Source: Escherichia coli (GTDB taxonomy: Bacteria; Pseudomonadota; Gammaproteobacteria; Enterobacterales; Enterobacteriaceae). From it: a DNA stretch of 64,000 nt. Position numbers and translations under genes: made by a program. Below are positions 42,579-55,977 of the stretch, in pieces. A model generated the notes under the pieces. That model was not told the DNA's origin. It ran no database searches and saw only the letters and a program-made list of their open reading frames with translations. The stretch is from the NCBI RefSeq assembly GCF_024298765.1, contig NZ_CP101210.1, one strand, 5' to 3'. How positions within the stretch are numbered: the stretch's first letter is position 1; each line of letters begins with the position of its first letter.

Positions 42579-43862
42579 GTGAACACATTTTCAGTTTCCC
42601 GTCTGGCGCTGGCATTGGCTTTTGGCGTGACGCTGACCGCCTGTAGCTCAACACCGCCCGATCAACGTCCTTCTGATCAAACCGCGCCTGGTACCTCTTC
42701 TCGCCCGATTCTGTCGGCAAAAGAAGCGCAGAATTTCGATGCTCAACACTATTTTGCATCCCTGACACCAGGTGCGGCAGCGTGGAATCCTTCCCCGATT
42801 ACCCTGCCTGCACAACCTGACTTTGTTGTCGGCCCGGCGGGTACTCAAGGTGTAACGCATACCACGATTCAGGCGGCGGTAGATGCGGCAATTATCAAGC
42901 GTACCAACAAGCGCCAGTATATTGCCGTGATGCCTGGTGAGTATCAGGGAACGGTATATGTCCCTGCCGCTCCGGGTGGAATTACTCTGTACGGTACAGG
43001 TGAAAAACCGATTGATGTGAAGATTGGGCTTTCCCTTGATGGGGGCATGAGCCCTGCCGACTGGCGTCACGACGTCAACCCGCGCGGCAAATATATGCCA
43101 GGTAAACCAGCGTGGTATATGTACGATAGCTGCCAGAGCAAACGCAGCGACAGTATCGGCGTTCTCTGCTCTGCGGTCTTCTGGTCACAAAACAATGGAC
43201 TGCAACTGCAAAACCTGACCATCGAAAACACGCTGGGCGATAGCGTAGATGCGGGTAACCATCCGGCGGTGGCACTGCGTACTGATGGTGACCAGGTACA
43301 GATTAACAACGTTAACATTCTCGGTCGTCAGAACACCTTCTTTGTCACCAACAGCGGTGTGCAGAACCGTCTGGAAACGAATCGTCAGCCGCGTACGCTG
43401 GTGACCAACAGCTACATTGAAGGGGATGTGGATATCGTTTCTGGTCGCGGCGCAGTGGTGTTCGATAATACCGAATTCCGCGTGGTGAACTCACGTACTC
43501 AGCAAGAAGCGTATGTGTTTGCACCGGCTACGCTGTCCAACATTTACTACGGTTTCCTCGCCGTAAACAGTCGTTTCAATGCTTCCGGTGATGGCGTGGC
43601 GCAACTGGGCCGCTCGCTGGATGTTGATGCCAATACCAACGGTCAGGTGGTGATCCGTGATAGCGCCATCAACGAAGGTTTTAACACAGCCAAACCGTGG
43701 GCTGATGCGGTGATTTCCAATCGTCCATTCGCGGGTAACACCGGCAGCGTTGATGATAACGACGAAGTACAGCGCAATCTGAATGACACTAACTACAACC
43801 GCATGTGGGAATACAATAACCGCGGCGTGGGTAGCAAAGTGGTTGCAGAGGCGAAGAAGTAG
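42579..43862 (+). CDS. ybhC: putative outer-membrane lipoprotein, pectinesterase-like
   Basis: 427 aa, GTG start, MNTFSVSRLALALAFGVTLTACSS lipoprotein signal; matches K-12 YbhC. Confidence 0.9.
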   Translation: MNTFSVSRLALALAFGVTLTACSSTPPDQRPSDQTAPGTSSRPILSAKEAQNFDAQHYFASLTPGAAAWNPSPITLPAQPDFVVGPAGTQGVTHTTIQAAVDAAIIKRTNKRQYIAVMPGEYQGTVYVPAAPGGITLYGTGEKPIDVKIGLSLDGGMSPADWRHDVNPRGKYMPGKPAWYMYDSCQSKRSDSIGVLCSAVFWSQNNGLQLQNLTIENTLGDSVDAGNHPAVALRTDGDQVQINNVNILGRQNTFFVTNSGVQNRLETNRQPRTLVTNSYIEGDVDIVSGRGAVVFDNTEFRVVNSRTQQEAYVFAPATLSNIYYGFLAVNSRFNASGDGVAQLGRSLDVDANTNGQVVIRDSAINEGFNTAKPWADAVISNRPFAGNTGSVDDNDEVQRNLNDTNYNRMWEYNNRGVGSKVVAEAKK

Positions 43863-43869
43863 GAGCTGT

Positions 43870-44000
<131 letters not shown>

Positions 44001-44002
44001 TT

Positions 44003-46264
44003 TTACATCTGACGGTTTTTATTGAAGTTAATCAAACTACCCGCCTTGATAATCTCGCGCTCTTCAGCAGTCAGACTTTCCATATAGAGCGTAATCTCCG
44101 TTACCGGTGCATCTTCATGGATCACATAACCTTTAAACGTCGTTCCAGGATTATCCAGCGCCGCTTTAATGCCAGGGATGTAAATGTAATCCCCCACTTC
44201 AAACGTTGGTGCTTCCGCCATTTGCAGCGGTAACATCCCCCAGTTGATGACGTTAGAACGGTAGCGTTTAGTCGCGTATTCCTCGGCAATATTCGCCAGA
44301 CCGCCAATCACACGCTGGCAGCTCGCCGCCTGCTCACGCGCAGAACCATCGCCTGGTTTCACCGCATAGACCATGCTGCCAATTTCAGTTTGCAGCGGAT
44401 CAATATGCTCCTGACCAGCAATCTGCTTAATGCGCGCAAACACCTCTGTCAGCTCGCTGACATTCCCCGCCAGACGCTGATTTTCCAGCTCAGCAGTCGC
44501 TTTACTTCTGCCAACATAACCGGGATCGCGGCGTGACAGGGTAAACTCCGCCAGACCAATCGGATTTGAACGATAAGAAGAGGTTTCACCGGAAGGAATC
44601 AGTTCGTCGGTGGTGGTGACTTCGTCGAGGATCTTCGAGCACACTTTGAGGACGATATTGTCAGTCAGCGCGCCCAATTCCGGCCAGTCTTTGATGTTCG
44701 GTCCGTAGATCAGCGGTTGCTGGGTCGCCCCTTTCACAAAGCCTTGATAGACGCGATTTTTATACGGCGTTACATCGAAGGCGTACTCCGGCACGTTGTC
44801 CCAGCAATCGAGTTCGCTGGCAGAGGTTAAATAGCCACCGTTTGCCGCAGTTGCAGCGATAGAACGAGCGTCCATCAACGCCACCGCTGACATCTGCCCA
44901 TTAGCTGGCTTAGAGCCTTCGCGGTTCGGGAAGTTACGCGTGGTGTGGCGAATACTCAAACCGTTGTTGATTGGCGTATCGCCCGCACCAAAGCATGGGC
45001 CGCAGAACGCGGTTCTGATGATTGCGCCTGCGCCAATCAAATCTGCTACCACACCTTTTTTGGCGAGATCCATAAACACCGGCTGTGATGACGGGTAAAC
45101 CGCCAATGAGAAGGTATCGTTGCCGCAGGATTGACCGCGCAGCGCATTCGCCGCCGCGATGACGTTTTCGTAGTTACCGCCAGAACAGCCCGCGATAATC
45201 CCCTGCTGCACTTTCAGGCGACCATTTTCCACTTTATCCAGCAGCGAGAGTTTGGCTTTACCGTGCGCCACGCGTTCGGACTCAATTTCAATCTCACGCA
45301 GAATGTCGGTCAGGTTCTGGTTCAGCGTGTCGATTTCATACACGTTGCTCGGGTGGAATGGCAGCGCAATCATTGGTTTGATGGCGCTTAAATCAACGCT
45401 GATGCAGCCATCGTAGTACGCCATTGGTTGAGGGTTAAGTTGGCAGTAATCCTGGCCGCGACCGTGCAGCGCCAGCCAGTTATGGACTTCTTCATCGGTT
45501 TGCCAGACAGAACTTAAACAGGTCGTTTCAGTGGTCATCACGTCAACGCTGTTACGGAAATCGGTAGAGAGCGCTGCAACACCGGGACCTACGAACTCCA
45601 TCACTTTGTTTTTGACGTAACCGTTTTTGAACACGGCACCGATGATAGCCAGCGCCACATCCTGCGGCCCCACATACGGCGCAGGTTTTCCGGTCAGATG
45701 CACCGCAACCACGCCCGGATAGTCGATATCCCAGGTGTCATTAAGCAGCTGTTTTACCAACTCGCCGCCGCCCTCGCCAACCGCCATTGTCCCTAACGCA
45801 CCGTAACGGGTATGGCTGTCTGACCCGAGGATCATTTTGCCGCCGCCCGCCATCATTTCACGCATATATTGATGGATGACCGCAATATGCGGTGGCACAA
45901 AAATACCGCCATAACGCTGGGCCGCCGATAAACCAAAAACATGGTCATCACCGTTAATGGTGCCGCCCACAGCACAGAGTGAGTTATGGCAGTTGGTCAG
46001 CACATACGGCAGCGGGAAACGTTCCATACCGGACGCTTTAGCGGTCTGTACAATACCAACAAAGGTAATATCGTGAGAGGCTAATGAATCAAACTTAATT
46101 TTAAGTTTATCCATATTTCCGGACGTATTATGAGAAGAGAGAATAGACCAGGCAATAGTGCCTTTTTTTGCTTCTTCTTTTTTTATTTCGCCGGTGAAAT
46201 GTTCTTCGGCAATTATTTCGTTATTGCTGGCGAGAAACACGCCTTTTTCAGATAACTTGATCAT
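44003..46264 (-). CDS. ybhJ: aconitase-family protein
   Basis: ORF 44003..46288; start [18 protein letters not shown]... gives 753 aa as K-12 YbhJ. Confidence 0.9.
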   Translation of the reverse strand: MIKLSEKGVFLASNNEIIAEEHFTGEIKKEEAKKGTIAWSILSSHNTSGNMDKLKIKFDSLASHDITFVGIVQTAKASGMERFPLPYVLTNCHNSLCAVGGTINGDDHVFGLSAAQRYGGIFVPPHIAVIHQYMREMMAGGGKMILGSDSHTRYGALGTMAVGEGGGELVKQLLNDTWDIDYPGVVAVHLTGKPAPYVGPQDVALAIIGAVFKNGYVKNKVMEFVGPGVAALSTDFRNSVDVMTTETTCLSSVWQTDEEVHNWLALHGRGQDYCQLNPQPMAYYDGCISVDLSAIKPMIALPFHPSNVYEIDTLNQNLTDILREIEIESERVAHGKAKLSLLDKVENGRLKVQQGIIAGCSGGNYENVIAAANALRGQSCGNDTFSLAVYPSSQPVFMDLAKKGVVADLIGAGAIIRTAFCGPCFGAGDTPINNGLSIRHTTRNFPNREGSKPANGQMSAVALMDARSIAATAANGGYLTSASELDCWDNVPEYAFDVTPYKNRVYQGFVKGATQQPLIYGPNIKDWPELGALTDNIVLKVCSKILDEVTTTDELIPSGETSSYRSNPIGLAEFTLSRRDPGYVGRSKATAELENQRLAGNVSELTEVFARIKQIAGQEHIDPLQTEIGSMVYAVKPGDGSAREQAASCQRVIGGLANIAEEYATKRYRSNVINWGMLPLQMAEAPTFEVGDYIYIPGIKAALDNPGTTFKGYVIHEDAPVTEITLYMESLTAEEREIIKAGSLINFNKNRQM

Positions 46265-46446
46265 CAAATGCTCCAGATATCTGCGCACCGTGAAGTGCGC
46301 AGAAAGATAATAAATGGATATACTCTAAATAATTCGAGTTGCAGGAAGGCGACAAGCGAGTGAATCCCCAGGAGCTTACATAAGTAAGTGACTGGGGTGA
46401 GCGAACGCAGACGCAGCACATGCAACTTGAAGTATGACGAGTATAT

Positions 46447-47880
46447 TTACAGCATGTTCCAGCCGATCAGCATATTCCACCACCACACGCCGAGGGTGAT
46501 ATGCACCAGGAAGGTTAATATCGTCAGTACCGCACCGACCAACCACCAGGATTTAATATCGTTGTAACCCACGCCAAAGATGACCGGACCTGCCGCGCCG
46601 CCATAGTGAGTAACCATGCCGCCATAGGAGTTAGAGAACAACAGTGCCAGCGCGGTTAACATTAACGGTGCGCCGGAGACATTCGCCAGCATGGCAAATA
46701 CCGGTAACATGGCAACGATATAGGCACTACCAGAAGCGAAGAAATAACGCACGATGATGCTGAGGAAAATAATAACGAAGAAAGCAACGTTACCGTGACC
46801 ATCAAATGCCAGGTTATTTTTAAAGACTTCAGCTAACCATTCGAAGAATTTAACTTTCGATAATAAGGAGCTTAAGCCGATAATACCGCCGTACCAGATT
46901 AAGGTATTCCAGCCGCCTTTATTTTTAACCACGTCTTCCCAGGTAACGATACCCAGCAGCAGCATAGTTGCCATAACAACGATTGCCACGGTGGATTCAT
47001 CAACCCCCAGAGACTTACTGAAAATCCAGCCCAGCAGCGCCAGCACAAAGACACCGAGCAGCATTTTTTCGCGGATTTTCATCGGTCCCAGTTCGGCAAG
47101 GCCCGCTTTAGCGATGGTTTTGTTATCCACCTTCTTAATTTCTGGTGGATACATGGTGTAAATCACCAGCGGGGTGACCAGCAGCATAATGATGCCCGGC
47201 AATCCGGCGGCTAGCGCCCATCCACCCCAGCTAATTTGCAGGTGCAGAATGTCGTTGATCATTTTCAGCGCCAGAATGTTCCCCGCCATTGCGGTAAAGA
47301 ACATATAGCTGGTGGTTTTAGTGACCATGTAAATGGACATCATCAGGTAATGTCCAACACGACGCGGACTTTTTTCCGGTTCTGATCCCAAAGCCACTGC
47401 CACGCTGTTGATGATCGGTAACACGATGCCGCCCGCACGCGCGGTGTTAGACGGTGTTGCCGGAGCCAGTACCAGATCGAGAAATACCGTAACGTAACCC
47501 AGACCCAGGGTAGTGCTACCAATTTTACCAATCAGCAGATAGGCAATACGTTTACCTAAGCCTGTGGTTACAAACGCGGCGCTTAAAGTAAACGCAGAAA
47601 ACACCAGCCAGGTGGTACCGGAAGAGTAACCGCTTAATACGGCGGTGGTTTTAAATTCCCCACCTGATAAGTTACCCACCACTACCATCGATGCGGCGAC
47701 GGCAATTAACAGTACGACAGGTTCCGGGAAAGGCTTGATAACCAGCCCCACAATGGCCGCCAGGTAAATACCAAAAAGCACCCACGCCAGTTCGCTTAAT
47801 CCTGCCGGAGCTGGCATAAAGCCAATAATACATGGGATCGCTAATATCAGAATTAGCTTCCATAACGATTTTTTATTCAT
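46447..47880 (-). CDS. ybhI: DASS-family anion transporter
   Basis: 477 aa polytopic membrane protein, K-12 YbhI. Confidence 0.9.
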   Translation of the reverse strand: MNKKSLWKLILILAIPCIIGFMPAPAGLSELAWVLFGIYLAAIVGLVIKPFPEPVVLLIAVAASMVVVGNLSGGEFKTTAVLSGYSSGTTWLVFSAFTLSAAFVTTGLGKRIAYLLIGKIGSTTLGLGYVTVFLDLVLAPATPSNTARAGGIVLPIINSVAVALGSEPEKSPRRVGHYLMMSIYMVTKTTSYMFFTAMAGNILALKMINDILHLQISWGGWALAAGLPGIIMLLVTPLVIYTMYPPEIKKVDNKTIAKAGLAELGPMKIREKMLLGVFVLALLGWIFSKSLGVDESTVAIVVMATMLLLGIVTWEDVVKNKGGWNTLIWYGGIIGLSSLLSKVKFFEWLAEVFKNNLAFDGHGNVAFFVIIFLSIIVRYFFASGSAYIVAMLPVFAMLANVSGAPLMLTALALLFSNSYGGMVTHYGGAAGPVIFGVGYNDIKSWWLVGAVLTILTFLVHITLGVWWWNMLIGWNML

Positions 47881-47955
47881 TTAATATCCTGTTCTTTCTG
47901 TATGACTCATACAGAATTCCTTTATTGATTGTCATTATCACGACAACAAAATTTT

Positions 47956-49008
47956 TCAGGGAAGATAAACTTCACCGGAAAATATTTTTCTTGTCGTCCG
48001 AATAACAGATGCGCGTAACGTCGTGGCATCCTGACCTTCATTACTTAAATGAACGTCGAGCGCACCACTGGGGTGTTCAATATTGATATTGCCGTATCCT
48101 ACAGAAGGGACGATTTGTCGGGTGACGGTGCCTTCCAATGCACAACTACAGGAAATAGCAATAGCACCGGTTATCGCCAAAGCGCGATGGCAAGAATGCG
48201 GCATAAAATAACGCACATTAATTGCCCCGCCTTTCTGCGCTGGAGAAATAAGTACAGGTTTAGGGATAACCATATTACTGACATCGCCTAAGCCCATTGC
48301 TTTACCCGCTTGTAGACGGATAGATTCAATGCTGGCTAATAATGCTTTGTCGGCATCCAGCTCTGCCGGTAATTCATAGCCTGTTTTTCCCAGATATTCA
48401 GCAGGAATAATGACAACTGGCATCGCCATATCGATACAGGTCACCGGGACATCGTCAAAATAATCAATCTGATTATCCGTCGGGAAGACTTTTCCGGTTT
48501 TCGTTCCGGCGGCATTCAGGAAAGTGAGCGCAACCGGTGCGGCAGTACCCGGTACGCCGTCAATTCTGGCGCTACCCTCGTACTCGACAACACCATTTGG
48601 CGTTTGCACATCAGCTTCGATAAACGTACCCGTATTGACGTTGCGGATACGTACGCGGGTAACTGGCGAAGTCGCTGCAATCAAACCATTTTCAATGGCG
48701 AATGCCCCAACGCCAGACAGCATATTGCCGCAGTTAGGCGTGGTATCGACACGTTGCTCATGGACGATAACTTGAGCAAACAGATAATCGACATCTGCAC
48801 GCGGATCGCTGGAGCGGCTAATAATGGCGACTTTACTGGTCAGCGGATTACCGCCGCCAATACCGTCAATTTCCAGATCGTTACCGGAACCCATAATTGC
48901 CATCAATATTTTATCGCGCTGCGTTTGATCTTCGGGTAGATGTTCCGCTAACAGGAACGCGCCCCTCGAGGTTCCACCTCGCATCATCACGCAGGGTATT
49001 TTTTTCAT
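47956..49008 (-). CDS. ybhH: PrpF/AcnD-accessory family isomerase-like protein
   Basis: 350 aa, K-12 YbhH. Confidence 0.9.
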   Translation of the reverse strand: MKKIPCVMMRGGTSRGAFLLAEHLPEDQTQRDKILMAIMGSGNDLEIDGIGGGNPLTSKVAIISRSSDPRADVDYLFAQVIVHEQRVDTTPNCGNMLSGVGAFAIENGLIAATSPVTRVRIRNVNTGTFIEADVQTPNGVVEYEGSARIDGVPGTAAPVALTFLNAAGTKTGKVFPTDNQIDYFDDVPVTCIDMAMPVVIIPAEYLGKTGYELPAELDADKALLASIESIRLQAGKAMGLGDVSNMVIPKPVLISPAQKGGAINVRYFMPHSCHRALAITGAIAISCSCALEGTVTRQIVPSVGYGNINIEHPSGALDVHLSNEGQDATTLRASVIRTTRKIFSGEVYLP

Positions 49009-49191
49009 AATAATGCCCTCAATTTAAAAACATAACTTATTGCGATATGGTTACATTAAGGGCAAAGCATCTCTAATGACTTTAGCTCAACGATTAATAA
49101 CATTTTTTCATTAATTTAAGTTGGCTAAATGCAGTTAAAATTTTTAACTGCCAGTCACCCAAAATCGTCGCTTCCATTTTCCGGAGTAATA

Positions 49192-50145
49192 ATGAAGCAT
49201 GAATTATCAAGTATGAAGGCATTTGTCATACTGGCAGAGTCCAGTTCATTTAACAATGCTGCTAAATTACTCAATATTACGCAACCTGCATTAACGCGAA
49301 GAATAAAAAAGATGGAGGAAGATTTACACATTCAACTATTTGAGCGTACAACTCGCAAGGTTACGTTAACAAAAGCAGGAAAAAGGTTGCTCCCGGAGGC
49401 GCGGGAATTAATAAAAAAATTCGATGAAACGCTTTTTAATATTCGTGATATGAATGCTTATCATCGTGGTATGGTGACGTTAGCGTGTATTCCGACCGCA
49501 GTATTTTATTTTTTACCGCTGGCAATCGGTAAATTTAATGAGCTGTATCCCAATATTAAAGTGCGGATTCTGGAACAAGGCACGAATAATTGCATGGAAT
49601 CGGTGCTGTGTAACGAATCAGACTTTGGCATAAACATGAACAACGTCACAAATTCATCCATTGATTTTACCCCACTGGTCAACGAGCCGTTCGTGCTGGC
49701 CTGTCGGCGTGACCATCCATTGGCCAAAAAGCAGCTTGTAGAATGGCAGGAGTTAGTGGGTTACAAAATGATTGGCGTACGCTCCTCCAGCGGCAACCGA
49801 CTATTGATAGAACAACAGCTAGCCGACAAGCCCTGGAAGCTGGACTGGTTTTACGAAGTGCGTCATCTTTCGACGTCATTAGGGCTGGTGGAGGCGGGAC
49901 TGGGGATTTCGGCGCTTCCTGGTCTGGCAATGCCCCATGCGCCCTATTCTTCGATTATTGGTATCCCGCTGGTGGAACCGGTTATACGTCGGACATTGGG
50001 GATTATTCGCCGCAAAGATGCCGTGCTTTCTCCGGCAGCTGAACGCTTTTTTGCCTTGCTGATTAATTTGTGGACTGACGATAAAGACAATTTGTGGACC
50101 AATATCGTCGAACGCCAGAGACATGCGTTACAGGAGATAGGTTAA
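49192..50145 (+). CDS. ybhD: LysR-family transcriptional regulator
   Basis: ORF 49129..50145; start MKHELSSMKAFVILAESSSFNNAAKLLNITQPALTRRIKKMEEDL (wHTH) gives 317 aa. Confidence 0.9.
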   Translation: MKHELSSMKAFVILAESSSFNNAAKLLNITQPALTRRIKKMEEDLHIQLFERTTRKVTLTKAGKRLLPEARELIKKFDETLFNIRDMNAYHRGMVTLACIPTAVFYFLPLAIGKFNELYPNIKVRILEQGTNNCMESVLCNESDFGINMNNVTNSSIDFTPLVNEPFVLACRRDHPLAKKQLVEWQELVGYKMIGVRSSSGNRLLIEQQLADKPWKLDWFYEVRHLSTSLGLVEAGLGISALPGLAMPHAPYSSIIGIPLVEPVIRRTLGIIRRKDAVLSPAAERFFALLINLWTDDKDNLWTNIVERQRHALQEIG

Positions 50146-50185
50146 TACACCGGCGCAGAAGAGACTGCGCCGGGTAAATCAGCGG

Positions 50186-51217
<1,032 letters not shown>

Positions 51218-51335
51218 CTAAAATTAGTCGCTTTTGGCGGTGAATGCTGAATTAAAACGCAGAATTTTGTCCGATAGTGGTATCGGTGTACCATTCGCGC
51301 AGACGAAAATTCTTAACCTTAATCTGGAATACGCC

Positions 51336-52154
51336 ATGACCACACGCGTGATTGCTCTCGACTTAGACGGCACCTTATTGACCCCGAAAAAGACCTTGCT
51401 TCCATCATCGATAGAAGCCCTGGCCCGCGCTCGCGAAGCAGGCTATCAATTAATCATCGTCACAGGTCGCCATCACGTCGCTATTCATCCTTTTTATCAG
51501 GCGCTGGCGCTGGATACACCTGCTATTTGCTGTAATGGCACCTATTTGTATGATTATCATGCAAAAACTGTGCTGGAAGCGGACCCAATGCCTGTTAACA
51601 AAGCCCTGCAACTCATTGAGATGCTGAATGAACACCACATTCACGGTCTGATGTATGTGGATGATGCGATGGTTTATGAGCACCCGACCGGACATGTCAT
51701 TCGCACGTCTAACTGGGCGCAAACCCTGCCGCCGGAACAGCGTCCGACTTTCACACAAGTCGCTTCTCTGGCTGAAACGGCGCAACAAGTTAACGCCGTA
51801 TGGAAGTTCGCCCTGACGCACGATGACCTGCCGCAATTGCAGAATTTTGGTAAGCATGTCGAACATGAACTGGGACTGGAGTGTGAATGGTCCTGGCACG
51901 ATCAGGTTGATATTGCACGCGGCGGCAACAGCAAAGGTAAACGTTTGACGAAATGGGTTGAGGCGCAAGGCTGGTCGATGGAAAACGTCGTGGCCTTCGG
52001 CGATAACTTCAATGATATTAGTATGCTGGAAGCCGCTGGTACAGGCGTGGCGATGGGCAACGCCGATGACGCAGTAAAAGCGCGCGCCAACATTGTGATT
52101 GGTGATAACACCACCGACAGCATTGCCCAGTTCATTTATAGCCACCTGATTTAA
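51336..52154 (+). CDS. ybhA: HAD-family phosphatase (pyridoxal phosphate phosphatase)
   Basis: ORF 51234..52154; start MTTRVIALDLDGTLL... (DxDGT HAD motif) gives 272 aa. Confidence 0.9.
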   Translation: MTTRVIALDLDGTLLTPKKTLLPSSIEALARAREAGYQLIIVTGRHHVAIHPFYQALALDTPAICCNGTYLYDYHAKTVLEADPMPVNKALQLIEMLNEHHIHGLMYVDDAMVYEHPTGHVIRTSNWAQTLPPEQRPTFTQVASLAETAQQVNAVWKFALTHDDLPQLQNFGKHVEHELGLECEWSWHDQVDIARGGNSKGKRLTKWVEAQGWSMENVVAFGDNFNDISMLEAAGTGVAMGNADDAVKARANIVIGDNTTDSIAQFIYSHLI

Positions 52155-53213
52155 TCAGGCGGTTATCGACACACTTTTAATTTGCGCATACAGCCACAGG
52201 CCAGGTTTGATCGCCAGTTCATCCCTGGCCCACGGGCTGATACGCGCCCACAGCGTTTTACCGCCGACTTCCAGCTCCACTTCCACCTGGCCGTTGTCGT
52301 CATAACTATTAACAACTTTTGCCCGCAATACGTTACGAATGCTGGTTTGCTGTGGCGGTTGTAAAACCAGCGAGACATCGGAAGCCTGAATGCGGATGCG
52401 TAGCGCAGCTTGCAGCGGTTCGTCCAGCTTATTGACCCACAAATGCTGATCGCCCAGCGCCAGCGCGGTCATCGCGTAATGCGGATGATGCTCAAGTACT
52501 GTCACTTTCAGAATGCTACTTTGTTGCTCTTTCGGTAGCCACGGATTCATCACGCTACTACCCCAGACTTCTTCCAGCGCGCCAAAGGCTTTCACCTGAC
52601 CGTTTTCCAGTACCATCACTCTGTCTGCCAGATGGAGGATTTCATCCAGCGAATGGCTGACATACAACATCGGAATGTTGATTTCCCGCGTCAGACGTTG
52701 CAGATAAGGCAACAGTTCGCGTTTACGCGGAATATCCAGTGACGCCAGCGGTTCATCCAGCAACAGCAATTCCGGTGCTGTCAGCAAAGCCCGACCAATC
52801 GCCACGCGCTGTTTTTCGCCTCCGGACAGGCTGCCTGGTAAACGTTCAAGCAACGGTTCAATGCCTAAAAGCGCCACCAGCTTATCGAACTGATTGACCA
52901 TGCTTTTCGCCATGCCGTAGCGCAGATTGCCACGCACTTTGTAATGCGGGAACAGCCGCGCATCCTGAAAAACATAGCCAACGCGACGCTTTTCCGGCGA
53001 CAGGCAGATACCTTTTTCGGCATCATTTAGTACCCGACCATTGAGGACAATCCGCCCTTTTTGCGGACGTGTCAGTCCACTGATGGCGTTAATCAGCGAA
53101 GTTTTTCCGGCACCGGAGACGCCAAAGATAGCAGTTATGCCATTGGCGGGCAGCGTTTCATCAATGGTCAGGCAATGGTTGCCCAACGTCTGGGAAAAAT
53201 TCAGTTCCAGCAT
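52155..53213 (-). CDS. modC: molybdate ABC transporter ATP-binding protein
   Basis: 352 aa, Walker [11 protein letters not shown]-terminal TOBE domain. Confidence 0.95.
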   Translation of the reverse strand: MLELNFSQTLGNHCLTIDETLPANGITAIFGVSGAGKTSLINAISGLTRPQKGRIVLNGRVLNDAEKGICLSPEKRRVGYVFQDARLFPHYKVRGNLRYGMAKSMVNQFDKLVALLGIEPLLERLPGSLSGGEKQRVAIGRALLTAPELLLLDEPLASLDIPRKRELLPYLQRLTREINIPMLYVSHSLDEILHLADRVMVLENGQVKAFGALEEVWGSSVMNPWLPKEQQSSILKVTVLEHHPHYAMTALALGDQHLWVNKLDEPLQAALRIRIQASDVSLVLQPPQQTSIRNVLRAKVVNSYDDNGQVEVELEVGGKTLWARISPWARDELAIKPGLWLYAQIKSVSITA

Positions 53214-53215
53214 GA

Positions 53216-53905
53216 TTAGCGCCCTGCCCGTTCACGGCTGATTCTGGCCAGCCATTCTGAAATCAACAGGGAGATCATCGCCAGCGCAATAGAAATAATG
53301 CACAGTCTCGCCGCGCCACTTTCCCCGCCGGGGGTCTGGATCAGGGTATACATGGCAGAAGGAATGGTTCGCGTTTCACCAGGAATGTTCGACACAAAGG
53401 TGATGGTTGCACCAAACTCACCGAGAGAACGAGCAAAAGCCAGTACCGTACCAACAATAATGCCCGGTAAGGTCAGCGGTAACGTGATAGTAAAGAAAAC
53501 GCGCCAGCGCCCGGCACCCAGTGTTCTTGCGGCCTGTTCCAGTTTGATATCAACACCTTCCAGCGCCAGACGAATTGCCCGCACCATCAGCGGAAACGAC
53601 ATAACGGCGGCAGCGAGAACCGCGCCGCGCCAGCTAAAGGCGAAGGTAATGCCAAACCAGTCATACAGACGTTCACCGATAAATCCGCGCCGTCCCATCG
53701 AAACTAATAATAAGTAACCGACGACCACGGGCGGTAACACCAGCGGTAGATGCAGTACGCTGTCGAGCAGAGCTTTGCCCGGAAACGTGCAACGCACCAG
53801 TAACCAGGCAAAAAAGATCCCAAACGGCAGGCTAAACAGCACAGCCAGGGAAGAAACTTTCAGGCTTAATAAAACTGCCTGCCATTCTGGATCAGTCAGT
53901 ATCAT
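53216..53905 (-). CDS. modB: molybdate ABC transporter permease
   Basis: 229 aa membrane protein, K-12 ModB. Confidence 0.95.
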   Translation of the reverse strand: MILTDPEWQAVLLSLKVSSLAVLFSLPFGIFFAWLLVRCTFPGKALLDSVLHLPLVLPPVVVGYLLLVSMGRRGFIGERLYDWFGITFAFSWRGAVLAAAVMSFPLMVRAIRLALEGVDIKLEQAARTLGAGRWRVFFTITLPLTLPGIIVGTVLAFARSLGEFGATITFVSNIPGETRTIPSAMYTLIQTPGGESGAARLCIISIALAMISLLISEWLARISRERAGR

Positions 53906-54678
53906 TACTTGGTTGTAAATCCGTAACGTTTAAAGATTTCCGCAGCCTGCGGCCCTTTCAAATAATCATAAAATGCTTTCACTGTCGCATTGTTATGCCC
54001 TTCCACAACAGCAACCGGATATTCCACTTTTTTATGTGAATCTTCCGGGAAGGTGGCAACCACTTTTACCCCTTTGCTGGCAACTGCGTCAGAACCGTAA
54101 ACAATACCCAGCGGCGCTTCATTGCGTTCGACCAACGCCAGCGCGCCACGAACATCTTCCGCCGGAGCCAGTTTCGGGGAGAGCGTATCCCATGCGCCCA
54201 GTTTTTGCAGTGCTTCTTTTGCATAAATGCCAGCGGGAACATGTTCCGGATCGCCAACCGCCAGACGACCGCCATTCAGCAGCGAAGTCCAGTTGGTTTT
54301 GCTGTCGATGGTGAAATCTTTCTGCTCGCTGGCTTTCGGTGCTACAACGACCAGGCTATTGCCGAGCAGTGTCTGGCGCGAAGCCGTATCGATCGCTTTT
54401 TTATCAACCGCATAATCCATCCATTTCTGATCGGCAGAAATAAACAGATCCGCAGGCGCACCCGCTTCAATCTGACGGGCCAAAGTAGATGACGAAGCGA
54501 AAGAAGAAACCACATCCACGCCTTTCTCTTTTTTATACTGCGTAGCAATGTCCTGCATTGCGTTAGTCAGTGATGCGGCGGCGAACACCGTGATTTTCCC
54601 TTCATCTGCCAGTGCATTGCCAGCAACAGCGAAAGAGAGTGCCGCCCCGGCAAACAAGTTCAACCATTTACGAGCCAT
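53905..54678 (-). CDS. modA: molybdate ABC transporter periplasmic binding protein
   Basis: 257 aa with signal peptide MARKWLNLFAGAALSFAVAGNALA. Confidence 0.95.
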   Translation of the reverse strand: MARKWLNLFAGAALSFAVAGNALADEGKITVFAAASLTNAMQDIATQYKKEKGVDVVSSFASSSTLARQIEAGAPADLFISADQKWMDYAVDKKAIDTASRQTLLGNSLVVVAPKASEQKDFTIDSKTNWTSLLNGGRLAVGDPEHVPAGIYAKEALQKLGAWDTLSPKLAPAEDVRGALALVERNEAPLGIVYGSDAVASKGVKVVATFPEDSHKKVEYPVAVVEGHNNATVKAFYDYLKGPQAAEIFKRYGFTTK

Positions 54679-54679
54679 T

Positions 54680-54721
54680 GGTAACCCCTTAATCTAACGT
54701 TATGTAGGCGACAATATAACG
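54680..54721. promoter_or_regulatory. modA promoter / ModE operator
   Basis: cgttatattgtcgcctacataacgttagattaaggggttacc on the minus strand, the ModE-binding sequence as recalled. Confidence 0.6.
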
Positions 54722-54843
54722 GCTAACTCAGAATTTTCCCAGCAGTTATTGCTAACCTTTGTGAGGTAGATGAGAAAAAATATCGGCAGGAAAAGCAGGA
54801 GGTTGAGAAAAAGAAATGCCCGACTAAGCGGGCATTCAGGGAT

Positions 54844-55011
<168 letters not shown>

Positions 55012-55121
55012 TCATGAGACTATTCTAACCGCTAAGCAAAGAAAAGCACTCCCCTTTTGTGCGGTCAGCTTTGCGTGGCGTTCGTTTTCCGTCACAATAA
55101 GACTTTTTCCAGGATATTGTT

Positions 55122-55910
55122 ATGCAGGCCGAAATCCTTCTCACCCTTAAGCTCCAACAAAAATTATTCGCCGACCCGCGCCGCATTTCGCTACTAAAAC
55201 ACATTGCGCTTTCCGGTTCCATTAGCCAGGGAGCGAAAGATGCCGGTATCAGCTATAAAAGCGCATGGGATGCCATTAACGAGATGAATCAGTTAAGTGA
55301 GCATATTCTGGTTGAGCGCGCAACAGGCGGTAAAGGTGGAGGCGGCGCAGTACTGACCCGCTATGGTCAGCGACTGATTCAGCTCTATGACTTACTGGCG
55401 CAAATCCAGCAAAAAGCCTTTGATGTGTTAAGTGACGATGACGCCCTGCCGCTGAACAGCCTGCTGGTCGCGATCTCACGTTTTTCACTGCAAACCAGCG
55501 CCCGTAACCAATGGTTTGGCACCATCACCGCCCGCGATCATGATGACGTTCAACAGCATGTTGATGTCTTACTGGCTGACGGAAAAACACGCCTGAAAGT
55601 CGCAATTACCGCACAAAGCGGCGCGCGTCTGGGGCTGGATGAAGGCAAAGAAGTGTTGATATTACTAAAAGCGCCGTGGGTAGGCATTACTCAGGACGAA
55701 GCGGTCGCACAAAACGCCGACAACCAATTACCGGGTATTATTAGCCATATTGAGCGCGGCGCAGAGCAGTGCGAAGTATTAATGGCGCTACCCGACGGGC
55801 AAACACTGTGCGCCACAGTGCCGGTAAATGAAGCGACTTCTCTTCAGCAAGGACAGAATGTCACGGCCTACTTTAATGCCGACAGCGTGATTATCGCCAC
55901 GCTGTGCTAA
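55122..55910 (+). CDS. modE: molybdate-responsive transcriptional regulator
   Basis: 262 aa MQAEILLTLKLQQKLFADPRRISLLKHIALSGSISQGAKDAGISYKSAW... Confidence 0.95.
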   Translation: MQAEILLTLKLQQKLFADPRRISLLKHIALSGSISQGAKDAGISYKSAWDAINEMNQLSEHILVERATGGKGGGGAVLTRYGQRLIQLYDLLAQIQQKAFDVLSDDDALPLNSLLVAISRFSLQTSARNQWFGTITARDHDDVQQHVDVLLADGKTRLKVAITAQSGARLGLDEGKEVLILLKAPWVGITQDEAVAQNADNQLPGIISHIERGAEQCEVLMALPDGQTLCATVPVNEATSLQQGQNVTAYFNADSVIIATLC

Positions 55911-55977
55911 GCGTGTTGACAATTTGTTATGAAACACGTATCCCTGTCAGTAATCGCTGCACAAAATGGGATATAAA